This document shows, in pieces, positions 52,364 through 61,643 of a stretch of 64,000 nucleotides of DNA; position 1 is the stretch's first letter; every line of letters begins with the position of its first letter. The notes under the pieces were generated by a model. It was not told where the DNA came from. It was given only the letters and a program-made list of their open reading frames with translations, and did not search any database. Source of the stretch: Candidatus Saccharicenans sp. (GTDB lineage Bacteria; Acidobacteriota; Aminicenantia; Aminicenantales; Saccharicenantaceae); NCBI GenBank assembly GCA_017992175.1, contig JAGOPD010000002.1, positions 46,149 through 110,148 on the forward strand, given 5' to 3'. A program made the position numbers and the translations under genes.

Positions 52364-54473
52364 CGGCTTGATTTCCTTTCTTGCTTCCTGGTTGCAAACC
52401 AGCCAGGATACCCATTGGTACCTCGATAAACAGGGGCCTTTTAGTTTGATCGATAATTTCTGCTTCCGGCACTCCTTCTTCCTTGAAAAGGCGGTGGATA
52501 AGGGGAGTACAGGTCTTGGCTCCACAAGGGCCCATGCTGGCTCTGGTCATAGTTTTAATTTCGTTAATATCTCTGACTCCGTCCCTTATCAGTTTTCTTA
52601 TTTCTCCGGCTGTTACCCGCTCGCAGCGGCAGATGATAGCTTCATCCGAAATTTTTTCTATATATTTTTCTTCTGCTCTTTCTATTTCAGTTTGAAGCCT
52701 CAAGCCGCTAACTTGTTTGGCTACTTCCTTTGGTACCTGAGCCTTAATGAGAATGGTGCGGTCATTAGCCTTAATGGATTTGACTGAATTCACCCGGGAG
52801 CGGGCTAATTCCCGGCCCTCGATATCAACCAAAATAATTTCCTCCCCTGGATTGAGAGTATCTTTTAGAAATTCAAAAGGAATAGTTACTTCCGGCCAGT
52901 CTGGATTTTTACGGTAATCAACTAACGTAATGGCCAGGCCGGGGCAAATGACCACACAGCGTTCGCAGCCACTGCAGCCCCGGGCATCATTTTCTTCCTG
53001 GTAAGCAGGCGTTTTTCTGATATCAGTTTTATCGACTTCAATCAGTTTCCGGGGACAGACGGCTGAACAGGGATCGCAGGGAATTTCCTGGAGACAATGA
53101 ATGACCGGCAAGACTCCAGTCTCCTTCTCCGGATAGCCTGCCTGATAAGTCTGACCGGGTTTTGATTTAAGAATTTCAGCCGTCTTTTGCCAGGTGTCTG
53201 GAATTTCTCCGAAATACTGGCCGAGATCTCTGGCTATTTCCAAACCTCGGATTTTGCCGGAAAAAATAGCGGCCGAAGCTTCAGCGATTTCTTCGGCGTC
53301 ACCGGCGGCATAAGCCCGGAAACCAAATTCCTTAGCTTTTATATAAAACTCATTTACCGGATCAAGCCCGACGGCCATCAGCACTGTATCGCAGGCATAA
53401 GTCTTTTCTGTTCCTCTGATGGGTCTGAATTGTTCATCTACCCTGGCAATAGTGACTGATTCGACTGATTCCTGGCCATTGGCGCTTAAAATCGTATGAG
53501 AGGTTAGAATGGGAACGCCCAGGCGGGCCAGCTTATCTTTGTGGACTTTATAACCTCCAACTTCAGACATGACTTCGATCAGCCCGACGACTTTGATCCC
53601 GGCTTGAAGAGCATGATAGCCAGCTATCAGGCCAACATTACCGCCACCGACAATGAACAGTTTTTCAGTTGGCCGGACAAGGTCACGATTGACCAGGGTT
53701 TGAAAGGCACCGGCTCCATAGACTCCAGGCAGGGTATTACCTGGAAAAGCTAAGGATTTTTCCCGGGCCCCAGCTGCGGTCAGAATAATTTGAGGCTTGA
53801 CCAGTACGTATTTTTTCCCTTCTTTCAGAACGCCAACCTTCTGATCACTGAAAACGGCCAGGGCAGTAGTTTGGAGCCAGATCTCAACCGAGGAGAACTG
53901 TCTGACTTCTTTTTCAAGCTTAGTGGCCAGGTCAATTCCCCTGGTTCCAGCATAAACAGCCTCTACAGAGCCGAAAAACCGGTGAGTCTGAAGGACCAGC
54001 TTTCCACCCAGACGGTGCTTATCATCAATCAACAGGCAATTGATCCCCCGGCTACCAAGCTCAATAGCTGCAGCCAGGCCAGCCGGGCCGCCGCCAATAA
54101 TAAGGACAGTAACTTCCACTTCCTCGACAGGTTCAAAGTCAATCTTGTCTTCGGGGTTAACCGACGGGAGTTCAGGGAGGCCAATGAGCGGTTCGATCTT
54201 CATTCCGGGTTTGATCATTTCCATACAGGATTTAACCGGGAAGCCATCAGCCAGCACCAGACATTGAGCACACTGGCCGTTGGCGCAGAAAATGCCCTGA
54301 GGGGCGCCGTCCCGATGATGATAGCTAAAAATTCTAACCCCATTGGCAAAAAGAGCTGAAGCGATAGTTTCGCCTTCTCTGGCCGTTAGCTCCTGACCGT
54401 GCCAGTAAAAGTTAAACAGGGGCCGGTCTGAAACTGGTAAAATCGGATGTTTATAAAGCCGGTTATTGATCAA
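52350..54473 (-). CDS. Fused iron-sulfur flavoprotein: 2Fe-2S N-domain + FAD/NAD(P) pyridine-nucleotide-disulfide-oxidoreductase fold + 2x[4Fe-4S] ferredoxin + BFD-like [2Fe-2S] domain
   Basis: - CANGQCAQC...C forms the 2Fe-2S domain.
- LIIGGGPAGLAAA and FIVGGGNVGL are two dinucleotide-binding motifs.
- CDPCSAVCP and CSGCERCVVICP are ferredoxin motifs.
- CRCERVTAGEI...CGAKTC is BFD-like.
- The start is TTG, 5 nt after GGAG. Confidence 0.75.
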   Translation of the reverse strand: MINNRLYKHPILPVSDRPLFNFYWHGQELTAREGETIASALFANGVRIFSYHHRDGAPQGIFCANGQCAQCLVLADGFPVKSCMEMIKPGMKIEPLIGLPELPSVNPEDKIDFEPVEEVEVTVLIIGGGPAGLAAAIELGSRGINCLLIDDKHRLGGKLVLQTHRFFGSVEAVYAGTRGIDLATKLEKEVRQFSSVEIWLQTTALAVFSDQKVGVLKEGKKYVLVKPQIILTAAGAREKSLAFPGNTLPGVYGAGAFQTLVNRDLVRPTEKLFIVGGGNVGLIAGYHALQAGIKVVGLIEVMSEVGGYKVHKDKLARLGVPILTSHTILSANGQESVESVTIARVDEQFRPIRGTEKTYACDTVLMAVGLDPVNEFYIKAKEFGFRAYAAGDAEEIAEASAAIFSGKIRGLEIARDLGQYFGEIPDTWQKTAEILKSKPGQTYQAGYPEKETGVLPVIHCLQEIPCDPCSAVCPRKLIEVDKTDIRKTPAYQEENDARGCSGCERCVVICPGLAITLVDYRKNPDWPEVTIPFEFLKDTLNPGEEIILVDIEGRELARSRVNSVKSIKANDRTILIKAQVPKEVAKQVSGLRLQTEIERAEEKYIEKISDEAIICRCERVTAGEIRKLIRDGVRDINEIKTMTRASMGPCGAKTCTPLIHRLFKEEGVPEAEIIDQTKRPLFIEVPMGILAGLQPGSKKGNQADERK

Positions 54474-54673
54474 AGGAGACTCCTCTAATCCAGATTACCA
54501 AACTCAAATTCAAAATCAGCTAATCAAAAAACAATCTGCAAATTTAAGATTCGGATTATAGCACAACAGAAATTTAGATAAAAATAGCAGCCAGGAAGAA
54601 GTCAGGTCAGTCAGCTGCCGCTGATAGAAAATTAAAATAGAATATGATTAAATAAAGAACGTTTGGAGCTAGA

Positions 54674-56707
54674 ATGAAACAAATAAAGCTATTGGCAATT
54701 ATTTGGTTAGCATTTTCTCAGGTCATATTTTTGGAAGGGAAAACTAAGGTGACAGATTTAAAGCTCAAAGACGCTCCTCCCGCCGCCGGGATAAATAGTT
54801 ATTATACCGGCAACCGGCCACCCCTGAAGCCAAACCCGTTGATTAAATTGCCTGTTGGTCAGATTGAAGTCAGAGGCTGGTTATTAAGTCAGCTTCAACT
54901 GATGCGTTCGGGCTTTACCGGACATCTGGCCGAAATCTCCAAATTTCTTCAGGAGGATTCCGGCTGGCTAACCCGTCGGGGGCGGGGCTGGGAAGAAATG
55001 CCTTACTGGCTTAAGGGCTATGGCGATCTGGCTTATTTACTGAGGGATGCCCAGATGATAGCTGAAGCCAGAAAATGGATTGAAGCCATTCTGGCCAGCC
55101 AGCAAGAGGATGGTTACTTCGGCCCGGTGGATAACCGGCAAGCTAATGATCTCTGGCCAAATATGGAAGCCCTGATTTGCCTCCAGAGCTATTACGATTA
55201 TAGCCATGACCGGAGAGTCTTGGATTTTATGTCTAAGTATTTTCGCTATGAACTTAAGATACCGGAAGAGCAATTCCTTCCCGGCAGCTGGCAGAAACTG
55301 CGGGGAGGCGAAAATCTGGATAGCGTTTACTGGCTCTATAACCGGACAGGAGAAAAGTGGCTGCTGGACCTGGCCAGCAAAATTTACAGACAAACGGCTG
55401 ACTGGGCCTCTCCTATTTTAACCGCTGAACGTGACCGCCGCTGGGAAGAAAGCTCATTTTACCATGGAGTAAATATAGCTATGGGCCTAAAATATCCTGC
55501 CCTTTATTATCAACAGACAGGGGAAAGACAACTGCTGGAAGCCGTAGAAAGAAATTATCAGCAATTGATGGCTGCCTATGGCCAGCAGCCTGGCGGGATG
55601 TTTGCCGCCGATGAAAATATCAGACCGGGTTACAATGATCCCCGTCAGGGGGCAGAGACCTGTACCATGGTCGAATTAATGTCAACTTTTGAAAACCTGT
55701 TGCGGATAACAGGGGAGGTCAGGCCAGCTGATCGAATTGAAGAGATTGCTTTTAATTCTCTGCCGGCCTCGATGACTCCTGATCTTAAAGGATTGCATTA
55801 TCTGACTGCTGCCAACCTTATTGCCGATGATAAAAGCGGTGAACATGATTTTCAGAATTCTGGAACTCTGCTATCTTATGATCCCTGGAGTTATCGCTGT
55901 TGCCAGCATAATGTTGCTTTTGGCTGGCCTTATTTTTCAGAACATCTCTGGCTGGCCACTTCTGATAACGGAGTAGCCGCCCTCCTTTATGCCCCCTCCA
56001 CAGTCGAGGTTAAAACTGGCCGACAGGGCACGATGGTCAGGATAGTTGAAGAGACTTCATATCCGTTTTCAGGGAAAATTAGCCTGACAGTGTTTCCCGA
56101 AAGCGAAGTAGAATTTCCGCTTTACCTTCGCCTGCCTGGCTGGGCAGAAAAAGCTTCTATTGCGGTTAATGAAGAAAAGGCAGCCGAGGTTAAAGCACCC
56201 GGTAAGCTGGCTGTCCTGGAAAGACGATGGAAATATGGCGACCAGGTCAGCCTGTTTCTAGACGAATCTATCCGGGTCAAATTCTGGCCTGGAATCGGAC
56301 AGGCGGCCTCAGTTTCACGCGGCCCGTTATGGTTTTCCTTAGAAATCAAAGAAATCTGGAAAAGTTATGGGGGAACAGAGACCTGGCCTGCTTATGAAGT
56401 TTGGCCTGGTTCTGACTGGAACTACGCCCTGATCCTTGACCAGGATAATTTAGCTGAAAATATTAGACTGGTGGAAAAAAAAGAAATTAGTTATCAGCCT
56501 TTTTCGCTGGAAAATACTCCTATTATTCTTGAAGCTAAAGCCAGGCAGCTCCCAGAGTGGCAAGCCCAGGGGCAGATGGCGGGCAGGGTGCCGGCCAGCC
56601 CCGTTAGTTCGAATTCAGCCAGGCCGGAGGAAATTGTCCGGCTCGTCCCGATGGGTTGTGCCCGGTTGAGAATCACCTGTTTCCCCTGGTTTGAGAAGCG
56701 AAAATAA
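54674..56707 (+). CDS. Exported GH127/DUF1680-family glycoside hydrolase (beta-L-arabinofuranosidase-like)
   Basis: A signal peptide. The size and the GAETCTMVE motif resemble the conserved ETC region of GH127 enzymes. Confidence 0.7.
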   Translation: MKQIKLLAIIWLAFSQVIFLEGKTKVTDLKLKDAPPAAGINSYYTGNRPPLKPNPLIKLPVGQIEVRGWLLSQLQLMRSGFTGHLAEISKFLQEDSGWLTRRGRGWEEMPYWLKGYGDLAYLLRDAQMIAEARKWIEAILASQQEDGYFGPVDNRQANDLWPNMEALICLQSYYDYSHDRRVLDFMSKYFRYELKIPEEQFLPGSWQKLRGGENLDSVYWLYNRTGEKWLLDLASKIYRQTADWASPILTAERDRRWEESSFYHGVNIAMGLKYPALYYQQTGERQLLEAVERNYQQLMAAYGQQPGGMFAADENIRPGYNDPRQGAETCTMVELMSTFENLLRITGEVRPADRIEEIAFNSLPASMTPDLKGLHYLTAANLIADDKSGEHDFQNSGTLLSYDPWSYRCCQHNVAFGWPYFSEHLWLATSDNGVAALLYAPSTVEVKTGRQGTMVRIVEETSYPFSGKISLTVFPESEVEFPLYLRLPGWAEKASIAVNEEKAAEVKAPGKLAVLERRWKYGDQVSLFLDESIRVKFWPGIGQAASVSRGPLWFSLEIKEIWKSYGGTETWPAYEVWPGSDWNYALILDQDNLAENIRLVEKKEISYQPFSLENTPIILEAKARQLPEWQAQGQMAGRVPASPVSSNSARPEEIVRLVPMGCARLRITCFPWFEKRK

Positions 56708-56726
56708 CTTAGAAAGGCATTAGATT

Positions 56727-57650
56727 ATGAACCCAGTGAAGAAACTTTTAGTTGTTTTTCTGATTACAGCCATCTTGTTAATCACAGGTTCGGTTGGCCT
56801 GGTTAAAGCTCAAAAACTACCGGAGAGCCATCTGGTTTCCGCTGACTGGCTTCAAGCCAATCTGGAGACGCCCGGAATTAGAATTATTGATATGAGAGCT
56901 GATATCCGAGATTACTGGTCCGGTCATATTCCACCAGCGGTCTATCTGGATGAAACAGCTTTGCGCTGGCCACAGGCAGGCCTGCCCGGAAAATTGATCC
57001 CGGTTGATGTCCTGGGCCGCCTGCTGGAAGAAATGTCCATTGATCAAAACACACTTATAGTAATTTATACCGAAATAAATAATTACCGGGCAACCTACCT
57101 GGCCTGGGCCCTGGATTACGTTAAACACAATAAATGGGTTATTCTGGCTGGAGGCTTTAACCGCTGGAAGAGCGAGGGGCGTCCCATTTCCCGGGATTGT
57201 CCAGCCCTCAAAAGAATTCCTTATGGGAGAAAGCTGGAAGTAAATAGCGAGGTGAGAGCCAGTTTAGACCAGGTTAAAAACCGCCGCCCGGAGGAAACAG
57301 TCCTGCTGGATGTCAGGCCGCCGGAGATGTATGCTGGTGAACGGGGCAACTGGAAAAGAAATGGTCATATTCCCGGTGCTATCGGTCTGTTCTGGGCTTC
57401 CTTTTTAACCGAAGACGGGAACTGGAAAAACCTTGACCTGATCCAGAATAATTTAAAGGCTTTAGGCCTTAACCCGGACAAGGCTGTGATCCTCTATTGC
57501 GGACAGGGACTGATGTCCTCCCATACTTATTTGACCTTAAAATACATCCTGAAGTTTCCCAGAGTTGCCATTTTTGATGGCGGTTTTAACGAGTGGACGG
57601 ACCATGATGATCTGCCAGTTGAAACCTCAAAGCCAAAGGAAGTAAAGTGA
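56727..57650 (+). CDS. Exported tandem-rhodanese sulfurtransferase
   Basis: A signal peptide, two rhodanese-like halves, and the active-site loop YCGQGLMSSH in the C-terminal half. Confidence 0.85.
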   Translation: MNPVKKLLVVFLITAILLITGSVGLVKAQKLPESHLVSADWLQANLETPGIRIIDMRADIRDYWSGHIPPAVYLDETALRWPQAGLPGKLIPVDVLGRLLEEMSIDQNTLIVIYTEINNYRATYLAWALDYVKHNKWVILAGGFNRWKSEGRPISRDCPALKRIPYGRKLEVNSEVRASLDQVKNRRPEETVLLDVRPPEMYAGERGNWKRNGHIPGAIGLFWASFLTEDGNWKNLDLIQNNLKALGLNPDKAVILYCGQGLMSSHTYLTLKYILKFPRVAIFDGGFNEWTDHDDLPVETSKPKEVK

Positions 57651-57787
57651 GCAAAAAAAAATGGTGGTTCTGGGCTATCCTGAGCCTGGCCGTTATCTTG
57701 ATTTTTTTAGGTTTGAGAGCAGGAGAATTTCAGGCAGTCTGGCAAAAAGCTAAGACAATTTGCCTGGAATGCATCGGGCTTGGTTAA
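57647..57787 (+). CDS. Unannotated 46-aa TM + CXXC micro-protein (CD1871A-like)
   Basis: From GTG the product reads (M)SKKKWWFWAILSLAVILIFLGLRAGEFQAVWQKAKTICLECIGLG. AAGGAAG RBS lies upstream, and the GTGA start overlaps the rhodanese stop. The C-terminal ICLECIGxG motif matches my memory of the CD1871A family, which sits next to membrane 4Fe-4S proteins. Confidence 0.55.
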   Translation: MSKKKWWFWAILSLAVILIFLGLRAGEFQAVWQKAKTICLECIGLG

Positions 57788-57793
57788 AAACTG

Positions 57794-58708
57794 ATGGAGA
57801 AATCACCTATGCCCTTACAACGAAAGAGAAGATGGTTTCAGATCCTGGCTGCCCTGGGTTTCAATTTAGATATTCCATCGCTTTTCAAAGGCCAGATCAG
57901 CCAGGTTAAAACCAAGGGAATCTGCCTGCCCGTTCTTAACTGTTATTCCTGCCCGGCAGCTATTGGGGCCTGCCCGATTGGCTCGCTTCAGAATGCCCTC
58001 GATTCTTTAAGATATAATCTGAGCCTTGGTCAGAAAAAACTTGGCCTGTATGTCGCTGGCAGCCTTGGTCTGATAGGCGTCATCGGGGGGCGGTTGCCCT
58101 GTGGCTGGCTTTGTCCTTTTGGCTTCCTCCAGGAACTGGTTTATAAAATCCCCGTTCGAAAACTAAAGATACCTGCTTTTTTAACCTATTTGAGATATGT
58201 CATCCTGCTGGTTTTGGTGATCCTGCTGCCACTCTTAATAGTTGACAGCCTGGGCCTGGGTTCTCCCTGGTTTTGCCAGTGGGTTTGTCCGGCCGGAACC
58301 TTGGAGGCTGGTCTGGTTCTGGCTTTAATCAACCCGGGGGTAAGATCTCAGCTCGGCTTTCTATTTGCCTGGAAGATGGGGCTTTTAGTGCTTTTTCTCG
58401 TCTGGATGACCCTCAGTGAACGGCCATTCTGCCGGACAATCTGCCCGCTGGGAACGATTCTCGGATTTTTTAATAAGATTAGTGCCTTCGAGATGAGAGT
58501 TGATCTCAGCCACTGCCTTCGCTGTAATGCCTGCCAGAGAGATTGCCCGGTTGATATCAGGATTTATGAAAATGCAGCCAGTTCGCGCTGCATCAGATGT
58601 CTTAAATGCCAGAAAGTCTGCCCCACTTCTTGCATTTCTTCAGGCTTCTGGCTGAGTGATAGCAGTTGCGGGGAAACCAAGACTGAAACCACGGCTGAAG
58701 CCAGATAA
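57794..58708 (+). CDS. Polytopic membrane 4Fe-4S binding protein (NapH/MauN-like)
   Basis: Repeated CPxG motifs at helix ends (CPIGS, CPFGFLQE, CPAGTLE, CPLGT). Two C-terminal ferredoxin motifs, CLRCNACQRDCP and CIRCLKCQKVCP. ATG at 57809 is an alternative start. Confidence 0.8.
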   Translation: MEKSPMPLQRKRRWFQILAALGFNLDIPSLFKGQISQVKTKGICLPVLNCYSCPAAIGACPIGSLQNALDSLRYNLSLGQKKLGLYVAGSLGLIGVIGGRLPCGWLCPFGFLQELVYKIPVRKLKIPAFLTYLRYVILLVLVILLPLLIVDSLGLGSPWFCQWVCPAGTLEAGLVLALINPGVRSQLGFLFAWKMGLLVLFLVWMTLSERPFCRTICPLGTILGFFNKISAFEMRVDLSHCLRCNACQRDCPVDIRIYENAASSRCIRCLKCQKVCPTSCISSGFWLSDSSCGETKTETTAEAR

Positions 58709-58754
58709 AAACCGGAAATAATTAAAATTTTTATTACCTGGAATAAAAAGAAAG

Positions 58755-59909
58755 TTAAAAAGCTTCTCCCGCATTAACATAGATTCCAGAAGTGCCGTTT
58801 GGTCCAAAGGCAAAATCAATCCTGATATTCACTTTTTCCCGAGGAATAATTTTAAATCTCAAGCCAAAACCGGCTGAATATTGCAGGTTATCCCAGGAAA
58901 GATGTTTGAAGCTATCAGCCAGGCTACCCATTCCGGCAAAAGCTACACCGCTCAATCGCTTCCAGAGTGGAAATCTGTACTCTGTTTGTAAAGCCATTAC
59001 GATCCGGTCGCGGAAGCGCCCGCCATAATAGCCTCTAAGCAAATCTCCGCCAATTTTAGGCAATTTGTAAAAAGGAATATTACCGCCGGCCGTATCTATG
59101 ATTCCCTGTAAAACCAGAACCTGATCTGAAGCTACGCCAATATATTGACGGGCATCTAATTTGATGTTGAGGTAATTAAAACTGCTGCCAAAGATTTTAT
59201 TATTCCAGTAACCAAATAACTGAAGATATTGCCCGGAGGAAGGGGAGAAAATGTTATCCCGGCTATCATAATTTATAATCAGGCCCGGGCCAGAAATCCA
59301 GCCCCCCTGGCTCCCCGCTACCAGGCCCTGATCGAGAATCTTACCAGGGTCTTTATCGAAAATAAGGGTTTTCTCTAAATGATATCTAAGCCCGAGGTAA
59401 AGCGGCAAATGCTGAAAGTATTTTCTCTGGTAACCCAGTTCCATAAAATAAGTCTGGGGAGTATAAGTCTCCATTTGTTCTTCGGAGGTATCCGGCCCGA
59501 CGCCCCAGAATTTGGTCGGGAATCTTTCCGCCAGAAAATTTCCCGTCAGGAAAATAGAATTGTTCTTCAGATAAATTTCAGGTTTCAGCTGTAAGGTATA
59601 CTGCTTCATCTGAGTATAAACTCCGGCAAAAAAGAGGGTGCTGGGCCTGGCCTCTTTGAAAACCAGTCCCAGGCGAAAAGTCAACAACCCTCCAGCTCCA
59701 AAAGCCAGCCTGGTTTCAGGTGTATAGTACAAAATGGGCAGGGCCGTAAGACTGATTTTATTTTTTTCCAGCTGTTCTAATTGAGCTGGCTGGCCGGTTT
59801 CTTCTTGAGCCCGAAGAAAAATAGAAGATGAGAAAAGCAGAATAATTGAAAGAATCACCGGGAGACTAATTCCAGGGGAATGTCTTGAACCTCTATCTGA
59901 CTGAAACAT
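58755..59909 (-). CDS. POTRA-less Omp85/surface-antigen-type outer-membrane beta-barrel
   Basis: A leader sequence. LLRGYYGGRF, QTEYRFP and SAGFGLRF motifs, and a C-terminal aromatic residue (...NAGEAF). Confidence 0.65.
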   Translation of the reverse strand: MFQSDRGSRHSPGISLPVILSIILLFSSSIFLRAQEETGQPAQLEQLEKNKISLTALPILYYTPETRLAFGAGGLLTFRLGLVFKEARPSTLFFAGVYTQMKQYTLQLKPEIYLKNNSIFLTGNFLAERFPTKFWGVGPDTSEEQMETYTPQTYFMELGYQRKYFQHLPLYLGLRYHLEKTLIFDKDPGKILDQGLVAGSQGGWISGPGLIINYDSRDNIFSPSSGQYLQLFGYWNNKIFGSSFNYLNIKLDARQYIGVASDQVLVLQGIIDTAGGNIPFYKLPKIGGDLLRGYYGGRFRDRIVMALQTEYRFPLWKRLSGVAFAGMGSLADSFKHLSWDNLQYSAGFGLRFKIIPREKVNIRIDFAFGPNGTSGIYVNAGEAF

Positions 59910-60056
59910 AAGAAATTATGTTAGATGGATTTTAGCGGGCTGTCAATCTTACCTGGCCCAAAAAATTACTTGCTTTTATAACTGATCATAATTTTCCTTG
60001 ACAGGCCCAGGCTGGTGAGTAAAAGTATTTTCTGAAGCCCGGAAAAGGAGAATAAG

Positions 60057-61634
60057 ATGCCGACTGAAAAAAAGAGTCTGAGCCGCCGAAGTTTTTTTAG
60101 CTGCTGCGGCCGTTGTGCGGCCTGGCTGGCTGGCAGTTTTGTCCTGGGAAAAGAGCTTGAGCCTGCCAGCCGGTTTTCGCTGATAGATTTAACCGCCAGT
60201 TCGAAAAAAGAAAAAGTCAAGCTGGCCTTGATTTTTGCCCTTCACGGGTTAAAACAGGACAGGCCGGATTGGCCAAATATTGGTTTTGATTTCAAGCCGG
60301 TCATTGAACAATATACCCGGGTCCTGCGTCAAAGGTTTCCTTACTATACGTTTCTGTTTTCGCTGGCCAGCGGGCCGGAGGAGGCCGAAAAAGTAATCAA
60401 GGCTGATGAAGAACAGAAGGTAGATGGCTATGCTATTTTTCAGCTTAATTGCTGGAATCGACTCGTTCAGCCGGCGGTAGCCACCGGTAAACCAGTTCTT
60501 TATGTTGATTTTCCTTATGCCGGCAGTGGTGGATTTCTGGTTTATACAGCCAGTCTAAAGAGAGAAAACCGGAGTAATTTTGGCTTTGTGTCTTCAAGTA
60601 GTTTAGATGATGTAGCCGCTGCTTTTGAAGCTTTTGCCAGGATCAAAGAACCCCAGAACCGGCGTTCCTTCAGTCAGCTGGTGGAAGAAATAAGAATAGA
60701 CCGGACTCCAGCTCCTGGCTATTTGAAGTGTTATCCCGACGATCTGAGAGTTCTATCCGCTGAAGAAACTCTTGCCCGTTTACCGGACTCACCAATCTTG
60801 CTTTTCCGGGATGAACGCGGCGGTGAGCCATTCAAGCTAATGAATATCCCGGTCTTGAATCTCCCTTTCTCTGAATTGAACCAGGCCTGGGCCTCGGCTG
60901 ACCGGGACCAGGCAACCACCATAGCCAGAAAGTGGTGGAATGGGGCTTCTCTTGTCCAGGGAGTTAACCTCGCCGAAGTCGTCAATTCGGCTGCCATGTA
61001 TTTAGGTATGAAGTCCCTGCTGGATAAATATCGGGCCAGAGCCATAACGGTAAATTGCCTGGGCGGATTTTATGGCGGCTACATCCAGGCTTATCCCTGT
61101 CTTGGATTCCATGAATTAAATAACCAGGGATTGGTTGGGGCCTGTGAAGCTGATTTGAGGTCAACGGCCACCATGACCGCTTTCGGGCTGATGACTGGCG
61201 GCCGGCCCGGTTATATTTCTGATCCGGTTATCGACACTGCCCATCGCCATATTATTTATGCTCACTGTGTCGCCTCCAACCAAGTCTTCGGAGCCAGCGG
61301 TCCAGCCAATCCCTATGAGATTTTGACTCACTCAGAAGACCGGCAGGGAGCGGCCATCCGTTCCATTCTACCTGCTGGTTACCTGACGACCAGCCTCCAG
61401 ATAGATGAGAGCCGGCAGGAAATTCTTCTTCACCAGGCCAAGGCCGTTGGCAATGATTTCAATGACCGGGCTTGCCGGACCAAACTGGTAGCCAAACCAA
61501 TTGGCGAACTGGAAAAATTGTTCTCTAACTGGGACCTCTGGGGCTGGCACCGGGTGACTTTTTATGGTGACCTCAAAGATGGTGCTTACCGGCTGGCAGA
61601 AGCCATGAACTGGAAGGTAGTTGAGGAAGCCTGA
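60057..61634 (+). CDS. L-fucose/L-arabinose isomerase-family-like protein with a Tat-type N-terminal leader
   Basis: A strong AAGGAG RBS fixes the ATG. The N-terminus contains SLSRRSFFSCC followed by a hydrophobic stretch. The C-terminal part (GACEADLRSTATMTAF...WGWHRVTFYGDLKD) resembles the FucI/AraA catalytic region. Confidence 0.5.
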   Translation: MPTEKKSLSRRSFFSCCGRCAAWLAGSFVLGKELEPASRFSLIDLTASSKKEKVKLALIFALHGLKQDRPDWPNIGFDFKPVIEQYTRVLRQRFPYYTFLFSLASGPEEAEKVIKADEEQKVDGYAIFQLNCWNRLVQPAVATGKPVLYVDFPYAGSGGFLVYTASLKRENRSNFGFVSSSSLDDVAAAFEAFARIKEPQNRRSFSQLVEEIRIDRTPAPGYLKCYPDDLRVLSAEETLARLPDSPILLFRDERGGEPFKLMNIPVLNLPFSELNQAWASADRDQATTIARKWWNGASLVQGVNLAEVVNSAAMYLGMKSLLDKYRARAITVNCLGGFYGGYIQAYPCLGFHELNNQGLVGACEADLRSTATMTAFGLMTGGRPGYISDPVIDTAHRHIIYAHCVASNQVFGASGPANPYEILTHSEDRQGAAIRSILPAGYLTTSLQIDESRQEILLHQAKAVGNDFNDRACRTKLVAKPIGELEKLFSNWDLWGWHRVTFYGDLKDGAYRLAEAMNWKVVEEA

Positions 61635-61643
61635 GGCCAGTAG

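Noticed and set aside
52364-52525. The track gives the FAD oxidoreductase a 54-aa N-terminal extension (ORF start at 52525).
   Set aside because: The extension would overlap the upstream gene by 176 nt and precedes the GxGxxG motif with basic, non-homologous-looking sequence. ATG at 52363 places the dinucleotide-binding motif at the usual N-terminal position.
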